Of a DNA stretch of 64,000 bases, positions 25,246-39,689 are shown in pieces (within the stretch, counting starts at the first letter, position 1; every line of letters begins with the position of its first letter). This DNA is from Eledone cirrhosa. Its lineage: Eukaryota. Position numbers and translations under genes: made by a program. Below the pieces are notes generated by a model that was given only the letters and a program-made list of their open reading frames with translations, had not been told where the DNA came from and did no database searches. The DNA lies in the NCBI GenBank assembly GCA_964016885.1, contig OZ024748.1, positions 51,956,001 through 52,020,000 on the forward strand, written 5' to 3'.

Positions 25246-25286
25246 TATATATATATATATTTATAAATTTCCGGTTGGTTGGTTCC

Positions 25287-25633
25287 TCTAACAAAATGCA
25301 CCCCCGTCCCACTACCCCCACCCCATCCACACCAGCCCTTTCAATGTAAAGTTATGTTGGTACCACAACATCCAGCCTGAAACAAATGAGGTCGTGTAGG
25401 TGTCACAACAAAAAAAACACAGTCCGCGCTGTAATGTGGCCATGTAGGTAACACGGTAAAAACCTCCCAGTTCCACAATGTAAATGTGGTTGGTGTTAGG
25501 AAGGGCATCCAGCCGTAGAAAACCCGCCAGACAGTCCTATGCGAGCAAGACAACCACTTTTGCCTCAAGTGGGAAAACTCCCGTCCAAACCCATGCAAGC
25601 ATGAAATATGGACGTTAAACGATGATGATGATG
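25287..25633 (+). mobile_element. RTE 3' UTR fragment
   Basis: Reverse complement of 13432-13775. Confidence 0.85.
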
Positions 25634-26093
25634 ATATATTCTCGTCTAAGTGCCCAAAGAGTAGGTTACAATCTGGAGATATGGTCAATATTGGGCCTTG
25701 AAACCTTAGGTACCACATTTTATTCCTTGTGTAACCAAAATAGATTAGAGTCTTTTAAGAATATCTATTTTCTTTACTGGTTTCACAGTTCTTATAATTT
25801 TCAAAAATAAAATTGAGATGGAGGGTTTGTGTTTTTGTTGTGTGTCTCACATCTAATTGGAATTCGAAAATTCTTTGGAAGATAGACATTAAATGATGGT
25901 GATGATATATTATTTATGTTCATAAATGAAACAAAAAGTGCTACCTAAGGTTTCATGGTCTAGAATGTGTATGATGATTCATTAGGTCATCAGCAAACTA
26001 GACTATTTAGTGACATGTGTGTTTGTGCGCGTGTGCTTGTGTGTGATCCAATCTTCCATAGGGAACACAAGAACCTAAAGCAGAAGAGATATA

Positions 26094-26233
26094 AAGGGTG
26101 CAGCAAAAGTGATGCCCTTTTTTAAATTTATTAACTCGTTTGGAACAAATATACATTACAGTAATTTAAGAAAACTTATAAGTATTGTCTCATCAAAACG
26201 ACATGAAAACGGCATTACTTTTGCCACATCCTA
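26094..26233. mobile_element. Tc1/mariner-like MITE
   Basis: TA|AAGGGTGCAGCAAAAGTGATGCC...GGCATTACTTTTGCCACATCCTA|TA. Confidence 0.7.
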
Positions 26234-26474
26234 TATATATATATATATGGCATAATGCCATAACTTTTGGTGGAGTTGTAGGGGGACCACATTGACATAT
26301 GGCGTTTCTCTCAATTATTTTTCCATTCCTTTCTCATCTTTGATTTCTCATTCTATCTTCTGATGGAGGACTAGTGTCCAAAATGCCCAGACTCTTTTCC
26401 TGTTATTTCAAGCATAAAACTAATGTATGTTTTCATTGTACTGTGTTGTTTGTTTTGTTGTTTACTTTTTACAT

Positions 26475-26508
<34 letters not shown>

Positions 26509-26844
26509 TAGGCTCCCATCAGTCACTAATAACAATGGTTTTACCTGAGGACCTGGTGTTATGGGAGTTATCTCCACAACACATTACTAGTGCCATGTAT
26601 TAATATAAGGGTAGAGAGGATACTTCAGTTGCATTATTGACAAGACAATCTCCATGTTGGTGGTACTATCATCTCTTTATTGGTGGTACTATGACAAACA
26701 ACACTCAGTACATTTTGTGTACACCAGCCACATTAAAGTATATATACATACATATTTTAATGTGGCTGGTGTTAGGAAGGGCATCCAACTGTAGAAACTG
26801 TGCCAAAAGTCAATATCAGTTCACATATATATGTATATGTTTTA

Positions 26845-26910
26845 GGTGTTGTCATCTGAAGAGCTCAGGCTATCATATTAATAGTCCTCAGTGAAATATG
26901 TATAACAGGG
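26845..26910 (+). ncRNA. hammerhead-like motif (long stem II, weak stem I)
   Basis: CTGAAGA-GCTCAGGCTAT(CATATTA)ATAGTCCTCAGT-GAAA-TATGTA-TA. Confidence 0.55.
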
Positions 26911-27140
26911 TTTTAAATAAACTTGAATCAACTGAATATGACCTTGGATCTTTTTTGAATATATAATGCTCCGTCTTGAACCATTTATACAGGTTGTTGA
27001 GCGGTTCTTTTTATCTGCTTCACAACCGACAGACCATGGTGTGATCCGCACATCCCTGTTCGGTTAACTCCTTACTCTTACATATATATATCTAGCTGTC
27101 GAAACGGCTGGAGCTCAGCCATCGGGGTCCTGACTCTTTT

Positions 27141-27189
<49 letters not shown>

Positions 27190-27194
27190 ATAAT

Positions 27195-27380
27195 AATTGT
27201 TTCTACTTTAGGCACAAGGCCAGCAATTACCCAGTGCATTACTGGTACTTCATTTTATCGACCCCGTAAGGATGAAAGGCAAATTTAACCTCGGCGGGAT
27301 TTGAACTCAGTCCGTAAAGGGACATAACTATGCTGGAAAGCATGGCGTCCGACCCTCTACCGATACTGCCAATCCACCGC
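27195..27380 (-). mobile_element. SINE family A
   Basis: Near-identical to 21178-21360. Confidence 0.88.
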
Positions 27381-27497
27381 TAAATGTGTACCTATAAATA
27401 TATATATAGTAATAATAATAATAATAAATTTGAAGACTAAAATACAAAGAGCGGTTGATAAGGATAAATATATATCAAATATATAAGAACCCTAGAG

Positions 27498-27551
<54 letters not shown>

Positions 27552-28089
27552 TAGATAGATAGATAGATAGATTATAGAGAAATACATATAGAGAATATTC
27601 TTCTGAAATATCAAGTACATGTCTCTAGCACCTATCTCTCACTTCATCCTACCCCACCCCTTTTCCCATACGTATTTCTTTTCTTCCAAAATTCTAGATC
27701 AACTAAGTGCTCATTAGTAATCAATCTTCTTCCAAAGAACTAAATCATTAATACACTTCAAAAGAAACCACTGCTTCTCTTTCCACCAAACACTTTTTCT
27801 TGTTATGTTTTGTATTTGTTTTTATTTGTTTGTGTTTGAGGCTGGGGCCAGGAGAGGTTTCATTTATCTTCTTTTAATCTTCAATGATTTAAACAACAAG
27901 ACTAAAATAAGTAAATAACAATTGTAAGACTAGTATTCAATTAATACTGCATTTCTTTATTATCTGATTATATTTGATCTGTGTTTCACATTTAATTATA
28001 TACAAGTCAACTAATAAAACTTGTTAGTCATGTGATCATTCAGTTATTCAGACGAACACAACAAATTGTATTAAAACATTATAGCTCAT

Positions 28090-28421
28090 CAACAAAATAA
28101 ATAGAGTGTGTAGCTCGAAGATCAGAGAGTCACTCCAGGTAGAGCCGCTACTTCTCTGAATTGAGAGATCACAGCACCAATATTATAGGCATGTGGTTAT
28201 AATGTGTCAGGAAAGAATTGCTGGACAGATTTTCCGGGCAAAACCAAATGGTAGGAGACCCAGGGGTAGATCCTGAGCAAGATGGTTGGGTAACATCCAT
28301 GAGATTGGCTGATTTAACTTGGGGATCCAGCCGTATTAATTGGAGATGGTTACTTCTGACAGGAGTGTTTGAGGACTTTGCCACCATGACCCTCCCAGGA
28401 GCAAGTGGGTGAAGAAGAAGG
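28090..28421 (+). pseudogene. degenerate RTE (Expander-like) LINE 3' fragment
   Basis: Translates as IRESLQVEPLLL*IERSQHQYYRHVVIMCQERIAGQIFRAKPNGRRPRGRS*ARW; ends in (GAA)n. Confidence 0.75.
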
Positions 28422-28599
28422 AAAACAGCAGTAACATCAGACACAGTGTCTCATTTTGCCATGGTTTATTTGTTTTATATTTGATTTGGCTTTGTTTATC
28501 AGTTTCTCATGAAACCTCGAGCAATCTCGTCTGGTACCCTAAGGTTCCAAGGGACACAGGTTGAGAAAAGCTGCTCTACAGGGACAAAAATACCATTAG

Positions 28600-29260
28600 C
28601 TGAGCCTGTTCAAAATCAGTATTGGGAGGCTTAAAGTTTTATTCACACAAATTCAGTATTCAAGTTTTGCTGATCTGTGGAATTGTTTTCAATGTAGAAC
28701 TGCTGTTGCATCTAAGATGAGTCCAGCCCTCAGCCAAGTTTATCATGAAGAAAAAGCAGGCAGCTTTCCATTATCAGCAGTCTATCTATGATGAAAACAA
28801 TTGTGTGGTGAACAAAATTGAATGACTGAGATAGAGGAGTGTGCTTTCCACTTTGGCCCATCAATTATCAGCTTCAAGTTCTACTTAGAATGAATGGTGA
28901 GGGTGAAGAATGGATGCTGCCCTCCTCCGAATTTAATCAAAAGGGGATGAGAGTAATGAGAAAGACCACAGGAATAGGCCTACTTTGAACCTGTACCTCT
29001 AAGCAAGAGAACAGAGGTGATAGTGGGCTCTTTTGACATTTCTGAAACTGTGATAGAATTGATACACTTACCCAGATTAATCCTAAAAATGAGGGTTTTT
29101 TATATTTTATTTGACCCTAAATGGTTGCTCCTTTATTAGGATATTTTTATTTTTCATTCCTTTTATATACTGTTGTTTTTTTCCTTATTCCATTCTCTAT
29201 AAACCCTCACCACTTTTGTAATTTGTATATTTAATGTCCCCCTTGTGGCAAATAAAATCT
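28600..29260 (+). mobile_element. probable highly degenerate L1/Tx1-like LINE 3' end
   Basis: Remnant motifs (..QYSSFADLW.., ..K.IVW*TKL.., ..SFKFYLE*MVRV..), T-rich 3' UTR ending TGTCCCCCTTGTGGCAAATAAAA; assignment by recalled similarity. Confidence 0.4.
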
Positions 29261-29279
29261 CATTATTATCAAATTTTGC

Positions 29280-29430
29280 TTTGACGCATAGAGTTACGGC
29301 CCTTGCCATTCTGAGTTCAAATCCCGCCAAGGTTAACTTTGCCTGTCATCCTTACGGGGTCAATAGAATAAAGTACCAGTAATACACTGGATAATTGCTG
29401 GCCTTGTGCCAAAAATAGAAACAATTATTA
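29280..29430 (+). mobile_element. SINE family A (5'-truncated)
   Basis: Homology to other copies. Confidence 0.82.
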
Positions 29431-30337
29431 TCAAATTTATTATTATTATCAACATTATTATACAGAGTGGACATTAATTCTATTTTCAAAAAGATGTTAA
29501 TAATTGATATTGAATCAATTCAGGATAAGATTACTCTGACAGAGGGTGAGAGGGATAGAGAGGTAGAGAGAGAATGAAAGTATGAGAGCAGGATAAGTGT
29601 GGATGTCTGTATATGTATTTATATAACAAACGAAAGAGGAGAGATGGAGATTCGTGTGTGTGTGTATGTTTATGATGTATGTGGGAGTGTGTGTGTGTGA
29701 GAGAGAGAAAGGGAGGAGGAGAGAGAGAGAAAGTGGAATGGGAAACCCAGAGAGTAAAGACTAGAAAGATTAGCTATATTAATGCATAATGCCTAATATT
29801 TCAAAAGCCACTAAAACATTAAAAAAATATTATAAAAAAAGCCAAAAAAAAACAAAAATAAAGCAAAAAAAAACAAATCAAGCTCATCAAAATATTCAGG
29901 CATCCAGATAATGGTTAATCCTGTTATATTTCGCAGACTCAGACTATATTCTTACATTTCCATGAAAATAAATATCAGTAGAAGCACCAACAATGAAACC
30001 AAGTATAACAATGATAATAATAGTATTAATAAAATTAATAACAATAATTAATATTATTATTATTCAAAAATAATATTGACTAGCACAGCATCCATACTAC
30101 AAAGAGTTCTGTCAAGCTAAATGTGTACCTATAAATTAATGTGACACATATATATATACACCTGGTATACATTCAACACCAAAATATGTGTACAAAACAT
30201 ATTTCTTCTGATAACTAGTGTGCTTTTAGGGTGCTGCCTATGGAGGTAGTTACCTTCTCAGGTAATAAAATAAGGAAAATTATTGTGTACAGTGCTCAGG
30301 TGCACAACAACTCAAAGGTGTATGTAAAGTACATAGA

Positions 30338-30700
30338 ATAATTGTTTCTACTTTTGGCACAAGACCAGCAATTATCCCAGTGCATTACTGGTACTTTAAT
30401 TTATCGACCTCGTAAGGATGAAAGGCAAAGTTAACCTCAGCGGGATTTGAACTCAGAATAGCAAGGGCCGTAACTCTATGCATCAAACAAAGCATGGCGT
30501 CCGACCCTCTACCAATACTGCCAATCCACAAAATAATGGTTTCTGATTTAGGTACAAAGGCAACAATTTTGGGGGAGGGTAAAGTCGATTGTTCTGACCC
30601 TCGTGCATGACTGGTACTTTATGTTATCAACCTCAAAAGGATGACAGGTAAAGTTGACCTCAGTGGGATATTAACTCAGAATGTAAAGAGCCAAACAATC
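30338..30700 (-). mobile_element. two adjacent family A SINEs
   Basis: Homology to other copies. Confidence 0.8.
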
Positions 30701-30852
30701 ACAACTAATCCTTTGGAATTTATTATATTTGTTTGGGAAGAGGACTAAAGTGAAATATAGTGACATGAAATACCTGTATTTCAAAGCAATGCCCCAGCAT
30801 AACCTCAGACTAATGACTAAAACCAGAAAAGAATTCTTTTAAATAGCAGTTA

Positions 30853-31018
30853 CTGTATTTCCCGGCATCGAAGACGCTACACTTTTCCTAAAATAAGTCT
30901 CAGACATCTACAATGTGTCCTGGAGGCCAAAGGTTGTTTGATGTTTTTCAAATTTTTGCTTGTCAAAATTAGGGTGCGTCCTCGAGGACGAAACGTCTTT
31001 GGCGCCGGGGAAATACAG
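30853..31018. mobile_element. Tc2/pogo-like MITE
   Basis: TA|CTGTATTTCCCGGCATCGAAGACG...CGTCTTTGGCGCCGGGGAAATACAG. Confidence 0.72.
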
Positions 31019-31689
31019 CATTTTTTTTTATGTTTAGATGTGAGGGGAGTGGGTCTACCAGAGTGTAGAGTGAAGGACTGTCAACTCTGATAGGATTTGA
31101 ACATATGTATTACTGATGTTGTCATCATTATCACTGTTGGTTCTTCAGTTGTATTGTCCTCCCATTTTACTTATTTCACAGTTACATATTTATGATGACA
31201 ATAATGAGGGTGACAATTATAGTGTTGATGGTATGACAATGAGGGTGACATGACGACAATGATGAGGATAACAATGACTTTGACAATAATAATGACAATG
31301 ACAGTGATGATGACAACACTGACGATGATGACAACAATGATTATGATGACGGCAATGGTAATAACACCAACAATAGCAACAACAATAATGACAGCAATGG
31401 TAATAACAACAACAATAACAACAATAATGACAGCAATGGTAATAACAATAACAACAATGTTAACGACAACAACAACAATTATAATAATAGTAATAATGGT
31501 TTCTATTATAGGCACAACACCAGAAACTTTTGGGGAAGGGGAAAGTCGATTAAATCGACCTCAGTGCATGACTGGTATTTTATTTTATCAACCCCGTAAT
31601 GATGAAAGGCAAAGTGAACCTCAGCGGGATTTGAACTCAAACCATAATAACAACAGTAATAATGACAACAATGGTTGGTATTAATCTAA

Positions 31690-32107
31690 TATGGTCAAGT
31701 TTAAAGACACAAATAAGAAGAACCAGGGTCACCCCTAGGAGCAATGGATTTGGTGTACTTCTTATTTGTTTTGGTTGTTGAATACAATCAGGGGTCGCTG
31801 CTTCTCCTGAAGGTCAATAGTTCTCTTCTAACTTGAGCAGGAGCACCTTTCCATTGTCAATTTACATTGATCATCTACAAAGCAGCATTGTTCTTAGAAC
31901 CACTACAGCAGTCTTTCGATGTGTGCAGCTGGAACTACTGCCACCCATTCATTTGGAAGGATTGCAACTCATTTCTACAGCTGAGTAAACTGGAGCAACG
32001 TGAAATAAAGTGTCTTGCTCAAGGACTCAGCACATCACCCAGTCCGAGAATCGTACTCACAACCTTTCGATTGCAAGGCCAATGCTTTAACCACTACGCC
32101 ATGCACC
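31690..32107 (-). mobile_element. family B SINE head (31967-32107) joined to a different 3' region
   Basis: Head matches 11947-12090; the sequence beyond ...AGAAATGAG does not match the RTE-type tail. Confidence 0.6.
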
Positions 32108-32149
32108 TGGTAATAATGACAACAGTAATAATAACAGCAACAGGGGTAA

Positions 32150-32341
32150 CAATTGTTTCTACTTTTGGCACAAGGCCCCAGCAATTATCCCAGTACATTA
32201 CTGGTACTTTATTTTATCGACCCCGTAAGGATGAAAGGTAAAGTTAACCTCGACGGGATTTGAACTCAGATCGTAAAGGGACGTAACTATGCTGGAAAGC
32301 ATGGCGTCCGACTCTCTACCGATACTGCCAATCCACCGCCT
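32150..32341 (-). mobile_element. SINE family A
   Basis: Near-identical to 27195-27380. Confidence 0.88.
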
Positions 32342-32456
32342 ATGACAACCGTAATAATGACAACAATAATAATGATAACGATGATAATGTTGAGTAGCCA
32401 CAGTGATGATAATGAAGACACAGTGACAATGATGACTGTATTGGCAACAGTGACAA

Positions 32457-33213
32457 TGATGACTATTGACAACAGTGACAATAATGACAGTATTGACAAT
32501 GGTGACAATAATGACAGTATTGACAACAGTGACAATAATGACAGTAGTGACAATAATGACAGTATTGACAATGGTGACAATAATGACAGTATTAACAACA
32601 GTGACAATAATGACAGTAGTGACAATAATGACAGTATTGACAATGGTGACAATAATGACAGTATTGACAACAGTGACAATAATGACAGTAGTGACAATAA
32701 TGACAGTATTGACAATGGTGACAATAATGACAGTATTGACAACAGTGACAATAATGACAGTAGTGACAATAATGACAGTATTGACAACAGTGACAATAAT
32801 GACAGTGACAATAATGACAGTATTGGCAATGGTGACAATAATGACAGTGACAATAATGACAGTATTGGCAATGGTGACAATAATGACAGTATTGACAACA
32901 GTGACAATAATGACAGTATTGACAATGGTGACAATAATGACAGTATTGACAATGGTGACAATAATGACAGTATTGACAACAGTGACAATAATGACAGTAG
33001 TGACAATAATGACAGTATTGGCAACGGTGACAATAATGACAGTATTGACAACAGTGACAATAATGACAGTATTGACAATGGTGACAATAATGACAGCATT
33101 GACAACAGTGACAATGACAGTAGTGACAATAATGACAGTATTGACAATGGTGACAATAATGACAGTATTGACAACAGTGACAATAATGACAGTATTGACA
33201 ACAGTGACAATGA
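32457..33213. repeat. 9-bp-based minisatellite (TGACAATAA/TGACAGTAT/TGACAACAG/TGACAATGG)
   Basis: Direct reading; explains the open ORFs in several frames. Confidence 0.95.
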
Positions 33214-33379
33214 TAATATTTATTTTTATAATAATCACAACAAAACTACAAAGCTAATACTAACAACAACAACAGCAACACCAACAACAGCAGTGGTGAT
33301 AAACATCATAAAACAAAGCTAATATCACCAACAACAACAGCAGCAGCAGCAATAATCATCATAAAACAAAGCTACAAAG

Positions 33380-33705
33380 CTAACACCACCACCAACACCA
33401 CCACTACCAACACCACCAACACCACCAACCCCAACACCAACACCAGCCCCAACACCAACACCACCACCAACACCACCACCAACACCACCACTACCAACAC
33501 CAGCCCCAACACCAACACCACCAACACCACCCCCAACACCACCAACAACAACACCCCCAACACCAACACCACCACCACCAACAACACCAACACCACCCCC
33601 AACACCAATACCAACAACACCAACATCAACAACAACACCAACACCAACACCACCACCAACAACAACACCAACAACACCACCAACACCAACAACAACACCA
33701 CCAAA
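33380..33705. repeat. (ACC/AAC)n tract
   Basis: Direct reading. Confidence 0.9.
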
Positions 33706-34029
33706 ACTAATATCAGTCCTACTTCACACAACACTAAATTGTCTTGTGTACAAAAATACTATTTTAACATTGTAAGAGAGATAGCTAGATAGTAGGATCA
33801 ATTTGTTGTGAGTCTTTTGTTTTGTAGAAGAGCTGAGAAGATGGTAAACAGAGGAATTGAATGAGAAGAATGGGAGGGGTGGGGCAGTATAGTTTATTTG
33901 GAGGGGGGAGGTTGAAATCCCATTATGGGAAGACTTAGGAAACATATCTTGGAATTTGATGAAATTCATGAAAAAAAAAATTGTTTTTGTTTTTGATTTT
34001 GTCTTGTGATTATTAATGGTGAGCGATTG

Positions 34030-34213
34030 CGTTGTGATTATGATTGTGTGTGAGTGTGTGTGTGATTATGATTGTGTGTGAGTGTGTGTGTGATTATGAT
34101 TGTGTGTGTGTGATTATGATTGTGTGTGTGTGTGTAATTGTGTGTGTGTGGGGGGGTGATTATGATTGTGTGTGAGAGTGCGTGTGATTATGATTGTGTG
34201 TGTGTGTGATTAT

Positions 34214-34248
<35 letters not shown>

Positions 34249-34610
34249 TTATGATTGTGTGTGAGTGTGTGTGATGGGGGTATGTATGATTATGATTGTA
34301 TGTGTGGAGGGGGTGTGATTATGTATGTATGTGTGTGTGTGCGTGTGTGAATGTGTGGAGGGGGTATGTATGATTATGATTGTGTGTGTGTGTGGAGGGG
34401 GGATGTGTGTGTATTTGAGTGTATGTGTATGCATGTGTGTGTATATATGTGTGTGTATGTATGTGTGTATATGTGTGTGTGTATGTGTGTGTATGTGTGT
34501 GTATGTGTGTGTATGTGTGTGTATGTGTGTGTATGTGTGTGTATGTGTGTGTATGTGTGTGTATGTGTGTGTAGGTGTGTGTAGGTGTGTGTATGTGTAT
34601 GTGTGTGTGG
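34030..34610. repeat. TG-rich compound repeat (GATTATGATTGTGTG units)
   Basis: Direct reading. Confidence 0.9.
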
Positions 34611-34790
34611 TGGGTGTTCCCCTTTTAACAGACAATAAAAGACAGATGCAAAACAATAAATAGAAACTATTATTTTATCATTTCCTCCTTAATGTTGTAA
34701 GATGTACATTGTTGAATGTTCAGATCTGTGGGTATATTTGTACATATATATATATCTATGTATATACATATATATATATATATATATATA

Positions 34791-34987
34791 GAAAAAGGTA
34801 TGACCCCGACGGCAGAGCTCAAGCCGTTTCGACGGCTATTTCTATTTGAGTCCAGAAATAGCCGTCGAAACGGCTTGTGCTCTGCCGTCGGGGTCATATC
34901 TTTTCCTATTTCCCACTCGACTACCCTAAGTATTGAGTACTCTTGTGCGTTATGGTCCATCTGGTTCCTTACCACAATTCCTTTGTT
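34791..34987. mobile_element. family P4 cassette: inverted pair of hammerhead 3' halves plus tail
   Basis: Arms 34791-34843 and 34854-34906; GAAA-CGGC..GCCG-TC; flanked by (TA)n. Confidence 0.75.
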
Positions 34988-35532
34988 ATATATATATATA
35001 TACATACACACACACAACATACATATATATATATACACACACAACATACATATATATATACATACATACACATAACATGCAAATATTCACCAATACATAT
35101 AAGTATATATATTACATATATATATACATACACACATATATATAAATATATACTTACATAAACACACACATATATAAATATATAGTTACATAAACAACAC
35201 ATATATATACATACATACACATTACATATATACATACACATTACATATATATATATACACACAGACACAACATATATATATACACACACACACATATATA
35301 TATATATACACATAATATGCATATATATATATATATATATATATAGTGAATTATTATACCTAAGTATACTTAAAGGACATTTATCTAACACCAAGTACAT
35401 ATTGACAGTTCCTTCTGAATTTCCAAATTCTGTTTGAATCTCATCCCCTCTGCCACCCCTCACCTCTCTTTGTATATATATACATATATATATATATATG
35501 TGAGTATATATATATATATATATACATGTATA

Positions 35533-35573
<41 letters not shown>

Positions 35574-35624
35574 GTGTGCATATATATATATATAAGATCA
35601 AAAGATGGTTAAATGAGTTCCATG

Positions 35625-35695
35625 TATTTTATTATGCGCATTTCAAAAACAAATATCATCATGGAATAACATTTGTGTTTTCATCAGATAAAATA
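35625..35695 (-). ncRNA. type I hammerhead ribozyme (family P5)
   Basis: Minus strand: TATTTTAT-CTGATGA-AAACACAAATGTTAT..ATGATATTTGTTTTT-GAAA-TGCGCA-TA-ATAAAATA. Confidence 0.82.
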
Positions 35696-36070
35696 GGAGT
35701 ACATGATATGAAGGTTAAAAAACACTTGTGGATAGTTCAGTTTTAAATCAACATATCCGATATCTGCATAGCTTTATTGTACTACAATAAAACTCATCCC
35801 CTACATATATATATATATACATGTATATATACATGTATATATATATATACACATATATATATATATACATATATACATGTATATATATACACATATACAT
35901 GTATATATATATATATACACATATATACATATATATATATACATATATATACATATATACATATATATATATACATATATATATATACATATATACATAT
36001 ATATACATATATACATATATATATATACATATATATATATACATATATATATATACATATATACATATAT

Positions 36071-36117
<47 letters not shown>

Positions 36118-36150
36118 CATATATATATATACATATATATATATACATAT

Positions 36151-36195
<45 letters not shown>

Positions 36196-36218
36196 CATAT
36201 ATACATATATATACATAC

Positions 36219-36249
<31 letters not shown>

Positions 36250-36304
36250 CATGTATATATATATATATACATACATATATATATATACATGTATATATAT
36301 ATAT

Positions 36305-36350
<46 letters not shown>

Positions 36351-36624
36351 ATATATATATATACATACACATATATATATATATATACATGTATATATAT
36401 ATATATACATGTATATACATACATATATATATATATATATATACATACATACATATATATATATATATACATGTATATATATATATATACATGTATATAC
36501 ATACATATATATATATACATACATATATATATATATATATACATGTATATACATACATATATATATATATATATATACATACATATATATATATACATAC
36601 ATATATATATATATATACATGTAT

Positions 36625-36655
<31 letters not shown>

Positions 36656-36693
36656 CATACATATATATATATAAATAAATATATATATACATG

Positions 36694-36731
<38 letters not shown>

Positions 36732-36875
36732 TATACATGTATATATATATATATATACATATATACATGTATATATATATATATACATATATACATGTAT
36801 ATATATATATATACATATATACATATATATATATATACATACATATATACATATATATATATATACATATATACA

Positions 36876-37484
36876 TGGTGGCTGCCAACTCGTTTTCGAG
36901 TACGGCCACTACTTTATATCCATGTAGGAGAACCCCTACTGATGCGCTGAACGAGTGTGACTTTTTAGTCCAGCCAGCGACTTGAAAACTCTGGTACAAA
37001 GACTACACTTGTGACAATTATTGACACATAGTGTTGGGCCCATGGTACCATGTGACGACAAGTGCAGAGAGATCTCCAGATATAAAGCAATGCCTGTGCC
37101 GTGAAGCTTTTATAGTGAGCAAAGGCACTGCACAAAGCCAGTCCCACTCTCTTAACCAAGATGATATTTACCAAAAAGAAGAACAAGTCAACATCATTGG
37201 ATACCATCAGGGTTGCAGGTGTTATATCAGAGTTTTCCTTCTCCTAGAATTCTGCCTTGACAAAGGCTAAGGGGTCATCTCTCCCGGTGATTTTGGATGG
37301 CCATTGACTCTTAAGAGCTCCTTTGCCCTTTGACAGGTTTTGTTTTTAGTCCTGCAGGATGTCCAAAGTCACCCTCCTCACCAAGAAACCTTGGTGGGGT
37401 TGCCAGTTTAGTCGCCAACGACCCGACCATGAGACAGGTTGTACTGGGATACATGTTACCAGTAGCACCAACTGGTGACCTGAC
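36876..37484 (-). mobile_element. non-autonomous, internally deleted RTE derivative, copy 1
   Basis: Minus strand carries an RTE-type 5'-UTR motif CTAGGAGAAGGAAAACTC and a terminal C2H2 finger [23 protein letters not shown] (36936-37007). Confidence 0.7.
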
Positions 37485-37713
37485 ATGCATATATACATAT
37501 ATACATATATATGACATATATACATATATACATATATATATACATATATATATATATATACATATATATATACATATATATATATATATACATATATATA
37601 TACATATATATATATACATATACATATACATATATATACATATATATATATATACATATATACATATATACATATATATATACATGTATATATATATATA
37701 TACATATATACAT

Positions 37714-37748
<35 letters not shown>

Positions 37749-37893
37749 TATATACATATATATATACATATATATATATACATATATATATATACATATA
37801 TATATATACATATATATATATACATATATATATATACATATATATATATATACATATATATATATACACATATATATATATACATATATATAT

Positions 37894-37924
<31 letters not shown>

Positions 37925-37986
37925 TACATATATATATACATATATATATATACATATATATACATATATATATACAGATGTATATA

Positions 37987-38018
<32 letters not shown>

Positions 38019-38050
38019 CTTATATATATATATATATACAGATGTATATA

Positions 38051-38082
<32 letters not shown>

Positions 38083-38105
38083 CTTATATATATATATATA
38101 TACAC

Positions 38106-38155
<50 letters not shown>

Positions 38156-38228
38156 ATATATATATATACTTATACATATACATATATATATATATATATA
38201 TACTTATATATATATATATATACACATG

Positions 38229-38297
<69 letters not shown>

Positions 38298-38305
38298 ACA
38301 TATAC

Positions 38306-38380
<75 letters not shown>

Positions 38381-38471
38381 CATATACATATACATATATA
38401 TATACATATACATATACATATATATATATATATACATATACATATACATATATATATACATATACATATAC

Positions 38472-38503
<32 letters not shown>

Positions 38504-38517
38504 ATATATACATATAC

Positions 38518-38564
<47 letters not shown>

Positions 38565-38571
38565 CATATAC

Positions 38572-38644
<73 letters not shown>

Positions 38645-38705
38645 CATATATATACATATACATATATATATATATATACATATATATACATATACATATA
38701 TATAC

Positions 38706-38752
<47 letters not shown>

Positions 38753-38843
38753 CATATATATATACATATATACATATATATATATACATATATAACATAT
38801 ATATATACATATATATATATACATATATATATATACATACATA

Positions 38844-38875
<32 letters not shown>

Positions 38876-38895
38876 CATATATATATATACATACA

Positions 38896-38927
<32 letters not shown>

Positions 38928-38949
38928 CATATATATATATACATACATA

Positions 38950-38981
<32 letters not shown>

Positions 38982-38996
38982 CATATATATATATAC

Positions 38997-39045
<49 letters not shown>

Positions 39046-39046
39046 C

Positions 39047-39111
<65 letters not shown>

Positions 39112-39116
39112 CATAC

Positions 39117-39201
<85 letters not shown>

Positions 39202-39202
39202 C

Positions 39203-39273
<71 letters not shown>

Positions 39274-39286
39274 CATATATATATAC

Positions 39287-39335
<49 letters not shown>

Positions 39336-39378
39336 CATATATATATACATATATATATATATACATATATATATATAC

Positions 39379-39457
<79 letters not shown>

Positions 39458-39534
39458 CATATATATATATGTACATATATATATATATACATATATATAT
39501 ACATACATATATATATACATACATATATATATAC

Positions 39535-39565
<31 letters not shown>

Positions 39566-39604
39566 CATATATATATACATACATATATATATACATATAT
39601 ATAC

Positions 39605-39635
<31 letters not shown>

Positions 39636-39639
39636 CATG

Positions 39640-39689
<50 letters not shown>

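Noticed and set aside
28500-28575. hAT-like transposon end
   Set aside because: Only one terminus resembles a TIR; no partner or TSD found
32198-33322. D/N/S-rich 326-aa ORF resembling a biomineral or dentin-type protein
   Set aside because: 9-bp minisatellite open in several frames, no signal peptide or exon evidence, flanked by a SINE
37395-37485. HDV-like or twister ribozyme at the 5' end of the RTE derivative (- strand)
   Set aside because: Several hairpins are present but I could not thread a canonical fold by eye; needs a covariance-model search
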